A stretch of DNA of 64,000 bases, from positions 284,583 through 348,582 of IMG/VR virus record IMGVR_UViG_3300027770_000025. One strand, 5' to 3'. Under the pieces are notes generated by a model. It worked only from the letters and a program-made list of their open reading frames with translations, did not search any database and was not told the origin of the DNA. A program made the translations under genes and the position numbers. Shown here piece by piece: positions 39,334-48,613 of the stretch (within the stretch, counting starts at the first letter, position 1; the number at the start of each line of letters is the position of its first letter).

Positions 39334-40008
39334 TTAGTTAGCTGTTATTATAGTCAATTTAACCGTCTTCGACGTTGGGTTACTAAAGGATAGCCCACCA
39401 TTTCCGATATTGGCTGGACCTGTGTGTCCGTATGTAGAGAACGGATCTAAATCCCATCCTTTCCAATGAAGATCTTTTTTTATGGCTCCGGTTAGAACCA
39501 TAAATTTACCCATTATATTTCTGGAGTTTCCTTTATAGTCCCAAAATAGGATTCTCTCATCGGCTTTAGATTCTGGTAGATAATATGCTCTTGCTACTAT
39601 CATTGATGCTTCTCCTAAAGTTCCTTCAAAAGAACCTGGGTCTATGTTAACAGAGTTTAAAGGTCCTATTGTAAAAGTTTGTTTTTGAAAATCAGAAAAA
39701 TCTTGAAGTGGATGGAAAAAGGATGCAATGTCAAGATAATCTAAAGTATCAGCTTTTTGTGTAACCACCAATGATTCTTTTACAAATCTAAGCTCTGGTT
39801 TTTCGTTAAATTCTCTAAATGTAGCTTCTATTCTAAGTAAAGAATCCCTATTAATCGCTAGATTAGTATAGAGAGTATCGAATCCCCCTGTTGTTCCTGA
39901 CATGGGGTTCAGCGGATATCCTGCAGATCCACCTGCTATTTGATTCCCGCCGTCGCTAAAAGCAGATCCCCCGTCAAAGTTATATGATGCTATGTCTTGA
40001 TCTGCCAC
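39334..40008 (-). CDS. Putative structural protein, paralog B
   Basis: See paralog A. Confidence 0.65.
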   Translation of the reverse strand: MADQDIASYNFDGGSAFSDGGNQIAGGSAGYPLNPMSGTTGGFDTLYTNLAINRDSLLRIEATFREFNEKPELRFVKESLVVTQKADTLDYLDIASFFHPLQDFSDFQKQTFTIGPLNSVNIDPGSFEGTLGEASMIVARAYYLPESKADERILFWDYKGNSRNIMGKFMVLTGAIKKDLHWKGWDLDPFSTYGHTGPANIGNGGLSFSNPTSKTVKLTIITAN

Positions 40009-40015
40009 CTTTAAA

Positions 40016-40696
40016 TTAATTTATTTTTGTCGGATCCATTTCAACCGCTGTGTTATATCTTCCTGCATTTAATGATTCTACAATTTCGCCAACTGGTTCC
40101 TCTGACTCGTTTGAATCACCCCCATCGACAACTTCACCTATTTTTTCTTCCAGTTCCTCGATTTTTTCCTCTAGCTCTTCGACTTTATTATCTAGTGCCT
40201 CCTCTATTTTTTCTTCGAGTATAGCTTCTATTTTATCTTCAGTTTCAGACTGGACTGCTTCATCAGTGGGCTTTATGTAATCAACCAAAGATTTAATAAA
40301 CCCCAGAGCAACAATAGGTAGAATTGCTCCACTAACTATCGAGAGGACCCTTTTTTGATATATGAGATCCTCTTCAGTTAGACCAAATAATTCTATCCAA
40401 CCCTGAAAATTAGCCAGGTGCGTGTATGCGTAATATGTGTTACCCATAGCTTGCATAAGGGTCAATAATATAAAAAGACCCCAAACTATACCCTTATTCA
40501 TCTTTTCGAGTGTAATTATCGAAGCAAGTGAAGCTGCAGCACCAATCTCGAAAGCCACTGCTAAACTTACAGCTAACCAATCTGGATTGGATAGCTTAAA
40601 GAAGTCTATTACGTGTATTGTCGAGATTACTGAAACAAGTAAGTACAGTGTAACAAATGTACCTATTATAAAATAGCCCGTTGTTTTCTTTCCCAT
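40016..40696 (-). CDS. Four-TM membrane protein with acidic coiled-coil tail (holin-like?)
   Basis: Four hydrophobic stretches in the N-terminal 140 aa; late operon. Confidence 0.5.
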   Translation of the reverse strand: MGKKTTGYFIIGTFVTLYLLVSVISTIHVIDFFKLSNPDWLAVSLAVAFEIGAAASLASIITLEKMNKGIVWGLFILLTLMQAMGNTYYAYTHLANFQGWIELFGLTEEDLIYQKRVLSIVSGAILPIVALGFIKSLVDYIKPTDEAVQSETEDKIEAILEEKIEEALDNKVEELEEKIEELEEKIGEVVDGGDSNESEEPVGEIVESLNAGRYNTAVEMDPTKIN

Positions 40697-40995
40697 TATT
40701 TAGAATTTTCAAGTTTTTTAATTTCAAGATCTATTTCAGATTGGCGATTAACATCCATGATTTTTCTGTCCGTAGATTGAATCATTCTTTTTTCTGCTTT
40801 TAGACCTTCGATCTCAATAATCTTATTTAGCTCGTTTTTAGTGCAAAGAGAATCCATATAAGAGCTTTGGATTTTAGAATTTTTCTCTAGTCTATCTAGG
40901 TCTCTGTTTACTCCGCATTGTCTCAATAGGATGATAAGGGTTAAAAATAGGGTGATAGCCCAAGAATAACTTTTAATTTTTTCTATCGTTTTCAT
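40696..40995 (-). CDS. Single-TM coiled-coil protein (spanin-like?)
   Basis: N-terminal TM WAITLFLTLIILLRQC then coiled coil; late motif at 41017-41024. Confidence 0.45.
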   Translation of the reverse strand: MKTIEKIKSYSWAITLFLTLIILLRQCGVNRDLDRLEKNSKIQSSYMDSLCTKNELNKIIEIEGLKAEKRMIQSTDRKIMDVNRQSEIDLEIKKLENSK

Positions 40996-41040
40996 ATAGC
41001 TGTTTTTATTTCTTTATATATATCTATAGTAAAATGCAAC

Positions 41041-41072
41041 AAAAAACCGATCCTTAAAAAGAACCGGTTTTT
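41041..41072 (-). terminator. Intrinsic terminator (imperfect stem)
   Basis: AAAAAACCGATCC...GAACCGGTTTTT. Confidence 0.6.
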
Positions 41073-41096
41073 ATATGATTTTTTTTGTTTATTAAA

Positions 41097-41627
41097 TTAT
41101 CCTAAAGAAACCCCTTGCATAGCAGCACCTAATTGCTGTTCGAGGTCTTTAATCTCAGAAACATCTTTCTTAGCATCATTTAAAGCCTGATCGAATGGTT
41201 TATATAATTCAATAAAGGTTTCAGCGCTTTTAAGTCCTTTACCTCTACCTTTAGAGATAAAATAATGACTTGCTTCTAGGGGTAAAGCAGACATATAAAT
41301 AACCTGATTCTTTACTCCCTCTTTTTTAATTTTCTGAATTTGCTTACTTACTTCTCTAACCCCTAGAGCTTCAGTAGAATTCCATTCAGCCTCATTAGTC
41401 ATGTAATCCTCATATTTAGCTAAAAGCTCTTGACTAAATGTTATTGCATAAACTTTAGTTTTAATTTCTTCCTTTCTAGATTTGATTTGGGATTCTAAAG
41501 ACTCAACGAGATCCTTATCGATAGAAAAACCGCTCTCTTGGTTTATAGTATCGAAGTCAATTGAAGCAGATGCTCCGGGTCCGTTTTGAAGTTCTAATGT
41601 AGTTTCTTCTAATTTTTGCTTTGCCAT
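41097..41627 (-). CDS. Hypothetical helical protein
   Basis: ORF with GAAAC-N17-TAAAAT promoter motif at 41649-41676. Confidence 0.7.
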   Translation of the reverse strand: MAKQKLEETTLELQNGPGASASIDFDTINQESGFSIDKDLVESLESQIKSRKEEIKTKVYAITFSQELLAKYEDYMTNEAEWNSTEALGVREVSKQIQKIKKEGVKNQVIYMSALPLEASHYFISKGRGKGLKSAETFIELYKPFDQALNDAKKDVSEIKDLEQQLGAAMQGVSLG

Positions 41628-41676
41628 ATTATTTTTTTGTATTTATTTATTTTAGTTGTTTTTGTGTGATTGTTTC

Positions 41677-42486
41677 CTAATCAATAGAAAAAATATCAAA
41701 ATCTACCCTATTGTCATTAAGATATGCTCTAAGAGGCTCCCTCAAATCTTTTGTCTTATATACTTTCGCAGGACCTTCTGGCCCAATATGGCAAAGAAAT
41801 CCGTCCTGGGTCTCTATATTTGCTTCCTCCTCTAATATCAATCTATATAGACTAATCTGAATGGAATATTCATTATGATTGTTTTCATATAGATGAGAAA
41901 AAGGTCTAAGTAATTTTTTATATCTACCCTTGGGATGCTCGTCATGTTTAAAATCCCCGTTCGTTTTCCAATCTCCAATCAGTAAAAATGGCTTATCGTG
42001 TTCTTCCGACCAAAAAAGAAATGGCTGATCTATAGTTCCAGCTAATCTCCATCTTCTAGAAAATATTTTTAGCTCCGATTTAAGTGGCAATAAAACGCTT
42101 AGTCTTTTATCGTGGATCTCCATGAACTTTTCAATTCTTTCCCTTAATATCTCATCATCAGGAATAATTGGGGCTTTACCGCTCCAAAAGTCTTCTATCC
42201 ATTTATGAACTCTAGTGCCCAAGCTATTAGCTACGTCCGCCTTACCCTGCCATTCATTAAGAACTACTGAAACATCAACACCTCTTTCGTCTGCCTTTCT
42301 TTTAGACCAATATTCCCTGTCAAAAGGAACTTTAAATGTTTTAAGAAATGTTGTTACTGAATCAAACTTTGAAGAGTTATATCTGTATACGTGTGATGGT
42401 TCATCGAAAGTAAACCCACGATCATCGAATATCTCTAGCTTTATCTCTATCTCTTTTTTAGCGCTTATTAGTCTAGAATCCATCAA
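41677..42486 (-). CDS. PD-(D/E)XK (RecB-like) exonuclease
   Basis: SVTT, GTRVH, AGTID, IGDWKT, YSIQISLY. Confidence 0.85.
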   Translation of the reverse strand: MMDSRLISAKKEIEIKLEIFDDRGFTFDEPSHVYRYNSSKFDSVTTFLKTFKVPFDREYWSKRKADERGVDVSVVLNEWQGKADVANSLGTRVHKWIEDFWSGKAPIIPDDEILRERIEKFMEIHDKRLSVLLPLKSELKIFSRRWRLAGTIDQPFLFWSEEHDKPFLLIGDWKTNGDFKHDEHPKGRYKKLLRPFSHLYENNHNEYSIQISLYRLILEEEANIETQDGFLCHIGPEGPAKVYKTKDLREPLRAYLNDNRVDFDIFSID

Positions 42487-42929
42487 AACAAATTAATTAG
42501 GTAACTTGCATTTGCTATAGTAAATACAAGTAAGAAAATTTCTAGTATAAATCTAAATATCCATATCCAGCTCAATTCTCTAAAAACGTATTGGTAAACT
42601 ACCAGGTAGGACTCCTCGTCGGTTCCTTTAATTGGTTCTATCCATAGAGTTATTAGTTCCTCTATGTTAATAGCCTTGAAGTATTGATTTATGGGCTTTA
42701 TCTCGTTCATAACAAAAGAAGGTCTTGCTTCTTTTGGTAGATCTGCAGAAAATAGAACCTCTGGGGGTAGATTTACCACAGTATAGATTCGGCCAAACCA
42801 ATCTATTCTCATTCCCTTCCTTGTCCAGATTGGGGACTTTCCCAACTCTTCTTTTATAATCTTAAGATAATCCCTATATAATTTGATATCTTTATAAACT
42901 TTAAAAAATTTTAATATAGCTAGCCACAT
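42483..42929 (-). CDS. Hypothetical membrane protein
   Basis: C-terminal hydrophobic helix. Confidence 0.65.
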   Translation of the reverse strand: MWLAILKFFKVYKDIKLYRDYLKIIKEELGKSPIWTRKGMRIDWFGRIYTVVNLPPEVLFSADLPKEARPSFVMNEIKPINQYFKAINIEELITLWIEPIKGTDEESYLVVYQYVFRELSWIWIFRFILEIFLLVFTIANASYLINLF

Positions 42930-42963
42930 ATTTTTGCTTTATGTTTTATATGAGAATTACACA

Positions 42964-43596
42964 TTAATGTTTCCCCTCCATCTTTTTTTTGATCCTACCC
43001 CTTGCTCTTCTTATTCGAGTAGCGATAGATCTTTTCTTAATGCCATACTTTTCTGCTATGTCCTTGTATTTCATACCATTAATCTCTCTGTCAATCATAA
43101 TATCTCTATAGGTATCAGGTAAAGATCTTATTTCATCTAAAACGGACTCATAAACAGAGTCAATGGTATTTTCCTCGCTAAAGAATCCATATGCTGGATC
43201 ATCCTCAATAGTATAAAATCCACCTATTTCTCCTATTGTGTTTTTAGAAGAAAGGTACTCTAAATCACCATCCTCATGAGCTATTAATCTCTTTCTAGAT
43301 TTCAGAAGTAATAGCGATTCATTTCTTGCTATGTTATAACACCATGTGGAAAAATTACCTCTCTCCATATCATATTGATCTATCTTTAGCCATATCTTGG
43401 ACATGGTATTAAGAAAAGAATCCTCTGCTAATTCCATATTTTTTAGAATCAAAAAACAATGGTTGGATACACCAGGTTTAAGTCTGTTAAATAAATCACT
43501 GAATGACTTGTCTGTTTTATTTAGAATGAAATCCTCTGCTAATGTCTGAATGTTTGTCTCTTTAATCTCCTTTACTTCTCTGTGTTCTTTTTGCAT
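42964..43596 (-). CDS. ECF-type sigma-70 factor
   Basis: Region 2 AEDSFLNT...FSTWCYNIARN; region 4 LPDTYRDIM...GMKYKDIAEKYG...SIATRIRRAR. Confidence 0.9.
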   Translation of the reverse strand: MQKEHREVKEIKETNIQTLAEDFILNKTDKSFSDLFNRLKPGVSNHCFLILKNMELAEDSFLNTMSKIWLKIDQYDMERGNFSTWCYNIARNESLLLLKSRKRLIAHEDGDLEYLSSKNTIGEIGGFYTIEDDPAYGFFSEENTIDSVYESVLDEIRSLPDTYRDIMIDREINGMKYKDIAEKYGIKKRSIATRIRRARGRIKKKMEGKH

Positions 43597-43598
43597 AT

Positions 43599-44204
43599 TT
43601 AGATTTGGTCAAATTGGTTAATTTTATATAATTCTATTCCAGCCTCTATTAGAAATGGAAGTGAATCTGGTTTTCTATAAACTTCTGAAAAAACTACTCT
43701 TTTTATTCCCGATTGTATTATCAATTTAGAACATTCAAAGCAGGGGGAAAGAGTTACATATATTGTAGATCCATCGGAACTTTGGGTACTCTTTGCAAGT
43801 TTTGTTATCGCGTTTGCTTCCGCATGAAGGACGTAGGGTAATGTAGCCATATTCTCATCCTCACAGATATTAGGAAATCCAGTTGGTGATCCATTATAGC
43901 CATCAGAAATTATTGATTTATCCTTTACCATTAAGCATCCCACCTGCATTCTTTTACAGTGAGAATTTTTTCCCCATGTATTAGCCATTTGTAAATAGAT
44001 AAGATCGTTTTTCATTGCCTTTGAATTTTCCCCATATAATGGGCTTTTTTGAATGGCATCGGAATGATCCCAGGAAATGTCAAAAGTTTTTCCTATTTTT
44101 TTGACGCTCCAATTATTTATGCTAAGGAAATCTGGATTGGAGAAATCAAAATCTTCTGAAACTATTTCTCGTCCTGAATAATGTGATAGTATAGATAACT
44201 CCAT
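43599..44204 (-). CDS. dCMP deaminase
   Basis: VGC, GYNG, HAEANAI, SPCFECSK; early promoter at 44221-44241. Confidence 0.9.
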   Translation of the reverse strand: MELSILSHYSGREIVSEDFDFSNPDFLSINNWSVKKIGKTFDISWDHSDAIQKSPLYGENSKAMKNDLIYLQMANTWGKNSHCKRMQVGCLMVKDKSIISDGYNGSPTGFPNICEDENMATLPYVLHAEANAITKLAKSTQSSDGSTIYVTLSPCFECSKLIIQSGIKRVVFSEVYRKPDSLPFLIEAGIELYKINQFDQI

Positions 44205-44268
44205 TAGTTTATAATTTCTGCAAACATAATAAAATTGTACGAGGAAAAAAAATATTTTACGATATTTT

Positions 44269-46023
44269 TTAGATCCTTCTAGAATCTGGTCTAAATGGTT
44301 GATCTATTGCTGAAACTGTTAACGGTCCTTCAAGAAGTCCTGCTATTCTGGTAAGTGCATTTTTTATATCCTGCATATCACTATTACTTTCTAATCCATT
44401 ATTACCAGATGCTGGTGTTTCTGATTTTTTATCGGTTCCAGATTTATCTGCAGCTGATTTCATTAAATCTGCGGATGGCTTTGTTTCTGCTGCCTTTGTT
44501 TCCTCTGGTGCTTCCTTATCTTTAGCTGCTTCTTTCTTTGCTAAAGGGTTAAGCTTTTTAACGTTATTTACTAAAGAAGGTGTTTCACCTATTTTAGATG
44601 CTGCCGAGGTTTCAGTAATCTTTTTACCGAGATCAGTTTTAGTTTCTTCCTTCTTTGAAAAGACCCCCTTTAATCCACCTTTCTTATCTATAACCCCTTT
44701 AAGAGCTCCGAGACCTTTTTTAGCAAATGGACTTGCAGCGCCAAGACTTTCCGTTGCTTTATCTGCAGCGGAAAATAAAGCATCCTCTGCGCCTCCTCCT
44801 ATTTTAGAAAGTAACGAAGATACTTTAGTCTCTTTCTTAACATCCTCTGCGCCTCCTCCTATTTTAGAAAGTAGCGAAGATCCTTTAGTCTCTTTCTTAG
44901 GACCCTCCTCAGCACTCTTTTCTTTTTTCCTCTTCTTAGGATTTACTACTTCTTCAGATTTTTTAAGTTCATCGGGTTTCTCTTTAGTTCCAGAGTCTAG
45001 AGTATCCGGTAGATTTTCTAATTTAGAATCGCTCTTATCCGATTTACCTAAGACTTGCTCTGCTGATTTATCCTCCGATTTTTCCTTGCTAATAAGTGAT
45101 TGCGTAGCTAGAAGTTTAGCTTTAGCTACCGCTAGCGAATTATAATAATCTTTATCCTTAGATAAATTCTTTAATATAGCTACCCATGTATTACTCCTAT
45201 TATTTAGATCCTCCCCACTCAATTTATTTTTTATCTCGAGATCTAAAGCCTCTTTCTCAATCTTAGTAATCTCACCATCTATTCCATCCTTTCCTTTACC
45301 GATTAACGAATATAGGGTTTCTACGATCTCACCTGTAGATTTTCTTGAATTATCGTCTTTAGCATTATCCTGAGCTTCTTCATACTTCTCAAGCAATCCA
45401 CTTAAATTCATATTTATGCCCTCGGAATCTATTAATCCCGGATCACTTGGATTACCAAAAAAGTTTAGACTACCTTCTTTGCTATTCTTTAAAAGAGAAC
45501 TAAACTCGGGAACGTTTTTTAATCCTTCCATTAGATCCTTAACGTTAATTGGGATAACACCAGCACCCTTTGGTAACTTAACTACCTCCGGACCATTTTC
45601 ACCAACCAAATATTTGCCTTCTTTCTTAGCAACCCCACCTTCCTGAAATGCTTTAATTATTCCCTTTAATCCCCCCGCGATATTACTGAAATCCTTATTT
45701 GGCCCTTCTCCGCCTTTAGAAACAGATCCTTTTGCCATTTCTGCTATTTTTCCCATAAGTGGGCCTTTCTCGCCAAGTAGTCCACTGATAGCTTTGGTAA
45801 GATCCTTTATTGCTCCTTCACCCTTCTCACTTTCTTTAGGATTAGCCGTAGAAGCCTTATTAGAGGTCGTAGCTGACTCCTTTTCGCTTTTTGTAGATTT
45901 ATCCGTTGATGATATAAGGGACTCTGTAGCGGAAGTATTTTTCTTAATAGACTCAGCTAGAGAATTTATATTCCTGCCAAGGTCGGCTATTTGGGAAAAT
46001 AATTTTTGATTAGGATCTGCCAT
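44269..46023 (-). CDS. Tape-measure-like protein (uncertain)
   Basis: Position after tail chaperones; FQEGG...YLVGENGPEVV motif common in TMP C-termini; low-complexity K/E/G-rich. Confidence 0.45.
   Translation of the reverse strand: MADPNQKLFSQIADLGRNINSLAESIKKNTSATESLISSTDKSTKSEKESATTSNKASTANPKESEKGEGAIKDLTKAISGLLGEKGPLMGKIAEMAKGSVSKGGEGPNKDFSNIAGGLKGIIKAFQEGGVAKKEGKYLVGENGPEVVKLPKGAGVIPINVKDLMEGLKNVPEFSSLLKNSKEGSLNFFGNPSDPGLIDSEGINMNLSGLLEKYEEAQDNAKDDNSRKSTGEIVETLYSLIGKGKDGIDGEITKIEKEALDLEIKNKLSGEDLNNRSNTWVAILKNLSKDKDYYNSLAVAKAKLLATQSLISKEKSEDKSAEQVLGKSDKSDSKLENLPDTLDSGTKEKPDELKKSEEVVNPKKRKKEKSAEEGPKKETKGSSLLSKIGGGAEDVKKETKVSSLLSKIGGGAEDALFSAADKATESLGAASPFAKKGLGALKGVIDKKGGLKGVFSKKEETKTDLGKKITETSAASKIGETPSLVNNVKKLNPLAKKEAAKDKEAPEETKAAETKPSADLMKSAADKSGTDKKSETPASGNNGLESNSDMQDIKNALTRIAGLLEGPLTVSAIDQPFRPDSRRI
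44781..44900. repeat. Tandem 60-bp in-frame duplication (KKETKxSSLLSKIGGGAEDx x2)
   Basis: 44781-44840 vs 44841-44900, 3 mismatches. Confidence 0.9.
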
Positions 46024-46061
46024 TTAATTTGGTTATTATCTCTATATATTTCTTAATAAGA

Positions 46062-46292
46062 TTACTTACCAAAACTAAACAACTCTTTGACCCCGCTTTT
46101 AGCTTTCGCCTCTGCATTTTCAACTTCTATGGCATCATTGAGCTTATCTATCCATATCTGATATTCGTAGAAAGGTATGCTTTCTATCCAATCAGGATCC
46201 AGACTATGCTCCTTCCATAATCTAAACTTGATATCAAAGAAGTTCTCTAAAGATATCTGAAATAACGAAAAGAGATCTGATCCCGTAGGGAA
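46062..46292 (-). CDS. gp51-like tail/baseplate chaperone ORF, probably reached by +1 frameshift
   Basis: FPTGSDLFSLFQISLENFFDIKFRLWKEHSLDPDWIESIPFYEYQIWIDKLNDAIEVEN...; no ATG/GTG/TTG start; not in ORF track. Confidence 0.65.
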   Translation of the reverse strand, partial: FPTGSDLFSLFQISLENFFDIKFRLWKEHSLDPDWIESIPFYEYQIWIDKLNDAIEVENAEAKAKSGVKELFSFGK

Positions 46293-47331
46293 AGTTTATT
46301 CTAGCGGTGACCTCCATATCACCGCATACTGGGCACTTTTGTTTTACCTCTAGCTTCGTTCCCACTTTGATTTTCTGAGCAAGCTCAAAATACAAGCTAA
46401 ATTCTTCTTTGGTCCAATAATCGCTTTCTCTCATTCTGGAAAGGATCCTTTGGAAATTTAGATCCCTCCATTCGCTAAACATGAAAGGCGCTATATCAAG
46501 AAATCCATCATCAATATCAATATTTTTCTTAGCACATTCTGTTATGAATGAAGTTATTTCCTGGGTTACCCCTATACTAGGAATGTATAGTTCAACAGTC
46601 TTATCAAGTTTTTTAATGGTAAAAACAAAACCTCTGGTCTCTTCACTATAATACTTAGCAATATTTTCGTCAAGTTCATAAGAACTTAGTACGCCAGTTC
46701 TGAGTTCTATACCTTCATTGAAGGGACATTCTGGTGTTTGGTTGCATGATTTTTGCGGCTTAAGGATAATAGAGTTCTCGCCTTTAACGAACGTAAGATC
46801 TCTAATAGCCATGATTATAAAGAATCTATCTTCTTGCTTAAGATCTTTATAAGAAACCACCCCTTCTCCCGAAAATTCCATCCGAGAGCATCGATCTATT
46901 ATGTGAGTTAATTTTTCCTCTATGTCCAATTGATCATCTTCATCGATTGTGGAGAAATGTCTTATCTCTCTAACCTCAGCAGCTCTAATAGCAATTTTAG
47001 TTCCGTCCGGATAATATTTACCTTCCGATGGTAATATCCCAACCGGTATATTTTTCCAACCCATCTCTAATGATATAGGTTTATTTACACTTTGAGCTTT
47101 ACCTAAGGAAGCTAATTGTTGATCATATTGTATCTGATCGATCTTTGGTTGAACCGGTTGGGGAATAGCCTGCTGAACTTGTTGTTGAATTTGTTCAGTT
47201 CTAGCGGATAGCTCCTGTACCTGCGACACCACATTGGTTTCCTTTGCAATAGGCTGGGGATCATCATATTCTATACCCCCCGCAATTTCCTTTCTCTTAA
47301 GAATCTCTTCTGGTGAAATATTATTATCCAT
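46234..47331 (-). CDS. Baseplate hub assembly / tail assembly chaperone (gp26-like)
   Basis: LPSEGKYY, IRAAEVREI, DRFFIIMAIR, C-terminal CPVC; follows the tube genes. Confidence 0.7.
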   Translation of the reverse strand: MDNNISPEEILKRKEIAGGIEYDDPQPIAKETNVVSQVQELSARTEQIQQQVQQAIPQPVQPKIDQIQYDQQLASLGKAQSVNKPISLEMGWKNIPVGILPSEGKYYPDGTKIAIRAAEVREIRHFSTIDEDDQLDIEEKLTHIIDRCSRMEFSGEGVVSYKDLKQEDRFFIIMAIRDLTFVKGENSIILKPQKSCNQTPECPFNEGIELRTGVLSSYELDENIAKYYSEETRGFVFTIKKLDKTVELYIPSIGVTQEITSFITECAKKNIDIDDGFLDIAPFMFSEWRDLNFQRILSRMRESDYWTKEEFSLYFELAQKIKVGTKLEVKQKCPVCGDMEVTARINFPYGIRSLFVISDIFRELL

Positions 47332-47366
47332 TATTTAATCGTTTTTCTTATTATATAACAAAAAAC

Positions 47367-47397
47367 AAAAAAGGAGACAAATTAATCGTCTCCTTTT
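47367..47397 (-). terminator. Intrinsic terminator after tube genes
   Basis: AAAAGGAGAC...GTCTCCTTTT. Confidence 0.8.
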
Positions 47398-47419
47398 GCA
47401 TTTAATTTAAAATATATTA

Positions 47420-47995
47420 TTACATAAACAAATCTTCCCAGTAATCACATATCCATGATGTGGTTACAGTGTAGATAGCTGGATTTTCGTAATCTAACTG
47501 CATATCATTAATGGCAGTACTGATAAAGCAAGAAGGTATTCTAATTCTTCTAAAAACATCCCCTCTTTTATTAAATATCGAGATAACCATAGAACCAACA
47601 TAATCGCTTTTAATACCCATCGCACCTGTTAGTGGATTGTATATTAAGTCGCTCCATTGTCTAAGTATCTTATAAACACTCATTGAATTTACGTCATTTA
47701 AGTTAACCTCAAATTCCATACTTAATGTCATATCACTAGTAGTAGGCTCACCTGCAGCATATCTTCTTTGAGCAAACTTATAAGTTTGTTCAATGTTCCC
47801 GTTTGCTAAAATATCTACGGCCAAACCAGTTATAGATTTAACCTGCTGAGCTAAAATTGATTCCCCTTTAAAAGTCGTGCTAGCATCTACTATTCCCGAC
47901 GGTGGCGTGATCAAAACCTCAAATTGGTTAAGATATACCGGTTCGTAGTTGTTTATCGCGGCTTTAGAGTTTGTATAATGTGGTAAACCTGCCAT
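47420..47995 (-). CDS. gp19: Tail tube protein (gp19-like), paralog 2
   Basis: EPVYLNQFEV, LRQWSDLIYNPLTG, CDYWED; follows sheath. Confidence 0.85.
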   Translation of the reverse strand: MAGLPHYTNSKAAINNYEPVYLNQFEVLITPPSGIVDASTTFKGESILAQQVKSITGLAVDILANGNIEQTYKFAQRRYAAGEPTTSDMTLSMEFEVNLNDVNSMSVYKILRQWSDLIYNPLTGAMGIKSDYVGSMVISIFNKRGDVFRRIRIPSCFISTAINDMQLDYENPAIYTVTTSWICDYWEDLFM

Positions 47996-48012
47996 TTATT
48001 TTTTTTATTTTT

Positions 48013-48567
48013 TTATAAGAATAAATCCTCCCAGTAATCAACTGCCCAAGTCATATCATCTATTTTAAATATATCAGTTGAGGTGTAATTAAGATTCATT
48101 TCACTTATTGCCTTAGTGGGATAGCAGTCTCTGCATGTTATTCTTCTGAAAACGTCTCCTTGTTTATTAAAGATAGAAACTACGATAGTACCTGTATAGT
48201 CATTCTTAAGACCCATTGCTCCTGTTAATGGATTATAGATCAAATCACTCCATTGTCTCAATGTTTTAAAAACGTACATTGAGTTGTCATCATTTAAGTT
48301 TACTGTGAAGCTTAAACTTAAATCCAGATAGGTATTATCAGGTTTAGGTCCAGCATAATTTCTTTTAGCAAACTTATACTTTTGAGTAGTTAGTCCTGGG
48401 TTTTTATCTAAGGTAAGTCCACCAACCTTTGACACGTGCTGAAGAAGTATCTCTCCACCCGCAACAGCAGAAGGAGGTATAACAGTAACCTCAAACTGGT
48501 TCAGATAAACAGGTTCGTATTTGTTTATTGCTGATAATGAATTTTGATAATGTGATAGTCCTGCCAT
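48013..48567 (-). CDS. gp19: Tail tube protein (gp19-like), paralog 1
   Basis: Same motifs; directly downstream of sheath. Confidence 0.85.
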   Translation of the reverse strand: MAGLSHYQNSLSAINKYEPVYLNQFEVTVIPPSAVAGGEILLQHVSKVGGLTLDKNPGLTTQKYKFAKRNYAGPKPDNTYLDLSLSFTVNLNDDNSMYVFKTLRQWSDLIYNPLTGAMGLKNDYTGTIVVSIFNKQGDVFRRITCRDCYPTKAISEMNLNYTSTDIFKIDDMTWAVDYWEDLFL

Positions 48568-48613
48568 ATTCAGTTTATATTTATCTTAGTTGCCTAAAAG
48601 GCTCCAATTCGCA

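Noticed and set aside
41677-42486. Cas4/CRISPR-associated nuclease
   Set aside because: Lacks the Cas4 Fe-S cysteines and has no array; ordinary phage PD-(D/E)XK exonuclease
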